Positions 63,301 to 64,000 of a DNA stretch of 64,000 nucleotides are shown piece by piece. Source of the stretch: an uncultured archaeon (GTDB taxonomy: Archaea; Altiarchaeota; Altiarchaeia; IMC4; SCGC-AAA252-I15); contig CAZPLO010000004.1 in assembly GCA_964587725.1 (NCBI GenBank), positions 16,323-80,322 of the forward strand, read 5' to 3'. Below the pieces are notes generated by a model. The model made no database searches. It was not told the origin of the DNA and worked only from the letters and a program-made list of their open reading frames with translations. Made by a program: the position numbers and the translations under genes. Position 1 is the stretch's first letter. Each line of letters opens with the position of its first letter.

Positions 63301-63837
63301 CAGCGGCCTGGATTCTATGCTGTCGCCTATGTCATAGTCCCACAGCTCCCTCCCGGTCGACTCCCGGAGCGCATACAGCAGGCCTCCTTCGCTGCCCACA
63401 TACACTGTTCCGTTTCCGACAGCCGGGGGGCTCTGAACCCGTCCTTCAGCAAGGTGGGTCCATATTCGCCCGCCAGTCATGTTGACGGCGTAGACTACGT
63501 TGTTGTCGCATCCGAACAGTATCCTGTCCCCCCTGACCTCGGGCGTGGACCGTATGGCCGCAGTCGACGTGTAGTTCATCGCCGGCTTCCCCGTGGTGGC
63601 GTTGAGGCCGTAGAGCATCCCCGACGACGTGCCATAGTATATGACGCCGTCTTCGGCGACGAGGTCGGTGTACGCGCTGCCCCTGCCCCTGTACTCCCAC
63701 ATCAGCCGGGGCTGCGCGGATGCGGCGGCTGCGAGAAACATTATGAGCAGGGCGTACGCCAGCGTTTTACCGTGCATTAAGGTAGAATAAGGGATTTCAG
63801 AGTAAAAAGAAAAGGGTTGGGTGGGGGGCGTGCGCAC
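60400..63837 (-). CDS. Giant surface protein (1145 aa): signal peptide, PQQ-like beta-propeller repeats, FG-GAP repeats, Thr-rich linker, C-terminal TM
   Basis: Signal MHGKTLAYALLIMFLAAAASAQ. PQQ-like units (LYGLNATTGKP, LYALRESTGRELWDY, LYAVDKYTGEQLWNH). FG-GAP units (DLDGDGIPEVLVAS, DLDRDGSPEIIFGG, DINNDGVLEIAVGS). TTTTTTSTTTSTT...TTSTVPE linker. Anchor LGALTILMSLMGYYFFMFI. Confidence 0.75.
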   Translation of the reverse strand: MRTPPTQPFSFYSEIPYSTLMHGKTLAYALLIMFLAAAASAQPRLMWEYRGRGSAYTDLVAEDGVIYYGTSSGMLYGLNATTGKPAMNYTSTAAIRSTPEVRGDRILFGCDNNVVYAVNMTGGRIWTHLAEGRVQSPPAVGNGTVYVGSEGGLLYALRESTGRELWDYDIGDSIESRPLLEDWKLYVGAGSTLYCISRTTGETIWKYSIRGRITSNPALYRDIVYFTASDKRLYAVDKYTGEQLWNHTANGTIYGSPVVSGDSVLYADREGFVYSLSAYFGGVEWTAYVNGSVYHTPMAAEDTVYVGADEDVIALNKSTGDIIWRLNTSGRIRYRPAVYNGVVYVPAGSYIQAFGGAADLTVEEVTVDPAVGVAGGTVKVDVTLSNPGSALAADTPVTVYFDRDTEYVDYVTVAPGGSEVLTYTVNASYGRHILEVIADPEDELIESDEGNNRYGIIYSVAGEWPTLQQNSRRTGYLDFTDSFDVRDRQLRWRCELNSSNRTMDDVMVLWDSANTTAFKIRDWMLNFTCYYYERRGYPVDRVYSNWTCTPYNTTGYSDRNLRSMLNYLNTFNETDYNRTHDKSYFKYPFNVSDFTVSFNCTATGNDEIPLPVAELEWGCDVRSGYQTSPYNLTAAWRCRDDYDSNHSLKDIAGFRGYGSLARMLSSPVKPHLADYTVLWNYSTGGRIASPPILVDLDRLGDGRLETVFGSYDGYVYAIDPEGELLWRAFLVGGVNGVSASDLDGDGIPEVLVASEDGRVTSFKSDGAFMWSYWTRGPVTSTPEALNVDGKTGKEVVFGSFDKNIYAVDYYGGLVWSYTASDYVLSPPAFGDLDSEGGVEVMIGSRDNTLYALNTPPYKLWMYQTNGDVTAAPTVANIYSSRRTDVLVAAADGILYDLYQSSAGTESYQRVCGPEGCVREGVSVTRLRARWEIPLGGELHSSPAVADLADDDGLEMALGSTDGNLYVVNKTGSRLFRYTTDGPIRTSPALADLDRDGSPEIIFGGDDGRIYILNASGVSRWQYKTGGFVRSSPAVADINNDGVLEIAVGSDDGTLYVFGTTTTTTTSTTTSTTLQPETTTTSSTTSSTTTTTTSSTTTSTVPERVFPADEVELGALTILMSLMGYYFFMFIHTPPRWGKPSRLKEM

Positions 63838-63855
63838 CCCCCCACATTCAGACGT

Positions 63856-64000
63856 TATTTGACTTCACGCTTCATCAACTGGGTGTCACGAGCCCACACC
63901 GCATAACCCGCCATCAGCACCAGCAGGATGATGAGGTTCCTCAGGCCGCTGCTCCTCAACCCCGAATAATCTATGGGCAAGGCCGCGTAACCGATAATCT
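63856..64000 (-). CDS. C-terminal fragment of a membrane protein (N-terminus off window)
   Basis: The reverse strand reads ...IIGYAALPIDYSGLRSSGLRNLIILLVLMAGYAVWARDTQLMKREVK* with the stop at 63856-63858. Confidence 0.35.

Overview
This 64 kb window looks like a GC-rich (about 60%) archaeal chromosome segment. The archaeal assignment rests on an HMf-type histone, an archaellin with a class III signal peptide, CDP-archaeol synthase, archaeal-type LeuRS/ValRS/alpha2-GlyRS and TATA boxes about 25 nt upstream of leaderless starts. I annotate about 58 protein-coding genes, one tRNA-Ser(GGA) and no rRNA, CRISPR array or transposase. Housekeeping content includes valS, leuS, glyS, purC, a PurF-like gene, asd, an aspartate-family aminotransferase, carS, an Lrp/AsnC regulator, an archaellin and a histone. 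A glycosylation-flavoured gene set is interleaved with many secreted or anchored Thr/Ser-rich proteins: GT39/PMT-like, PAP2, a GlmU-like bifunctional enzyme, a second sugar-1-P nucleotidyltransferase and GalT-like. The most unusual content is (i) a translationally coupled pair of giant domain-less cytoplasmic proteins (978 and about 1210 aa, 42650-49208), convergent on a tail-less FtsZ-family gene that is coupled to a 305-aa disordered acidic protein; (ii) a HydB-HydG-HydD sulfhydrogenase-like electron-transfer module with no catalytic large-subunit gene, abutting a convergent LarA-family gene; (iii) a paralogous family of C-terminally anchored surface proteins built from FG-GAP and/or PQQ beta-propeller repeats plus a repeated TPR-like helical module of about 55-60 aa, one pair of which is co-transcribed with glyS; (iv) a tRNA-Ser followed by tandem duplicated copies of its 3' end with associated hairpins; and (v) a DUF1232 gene interrupted at a C6 homopolymer. 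All calls are from reading the six-frame ORF track and the sequence by eye. No database search was possible.
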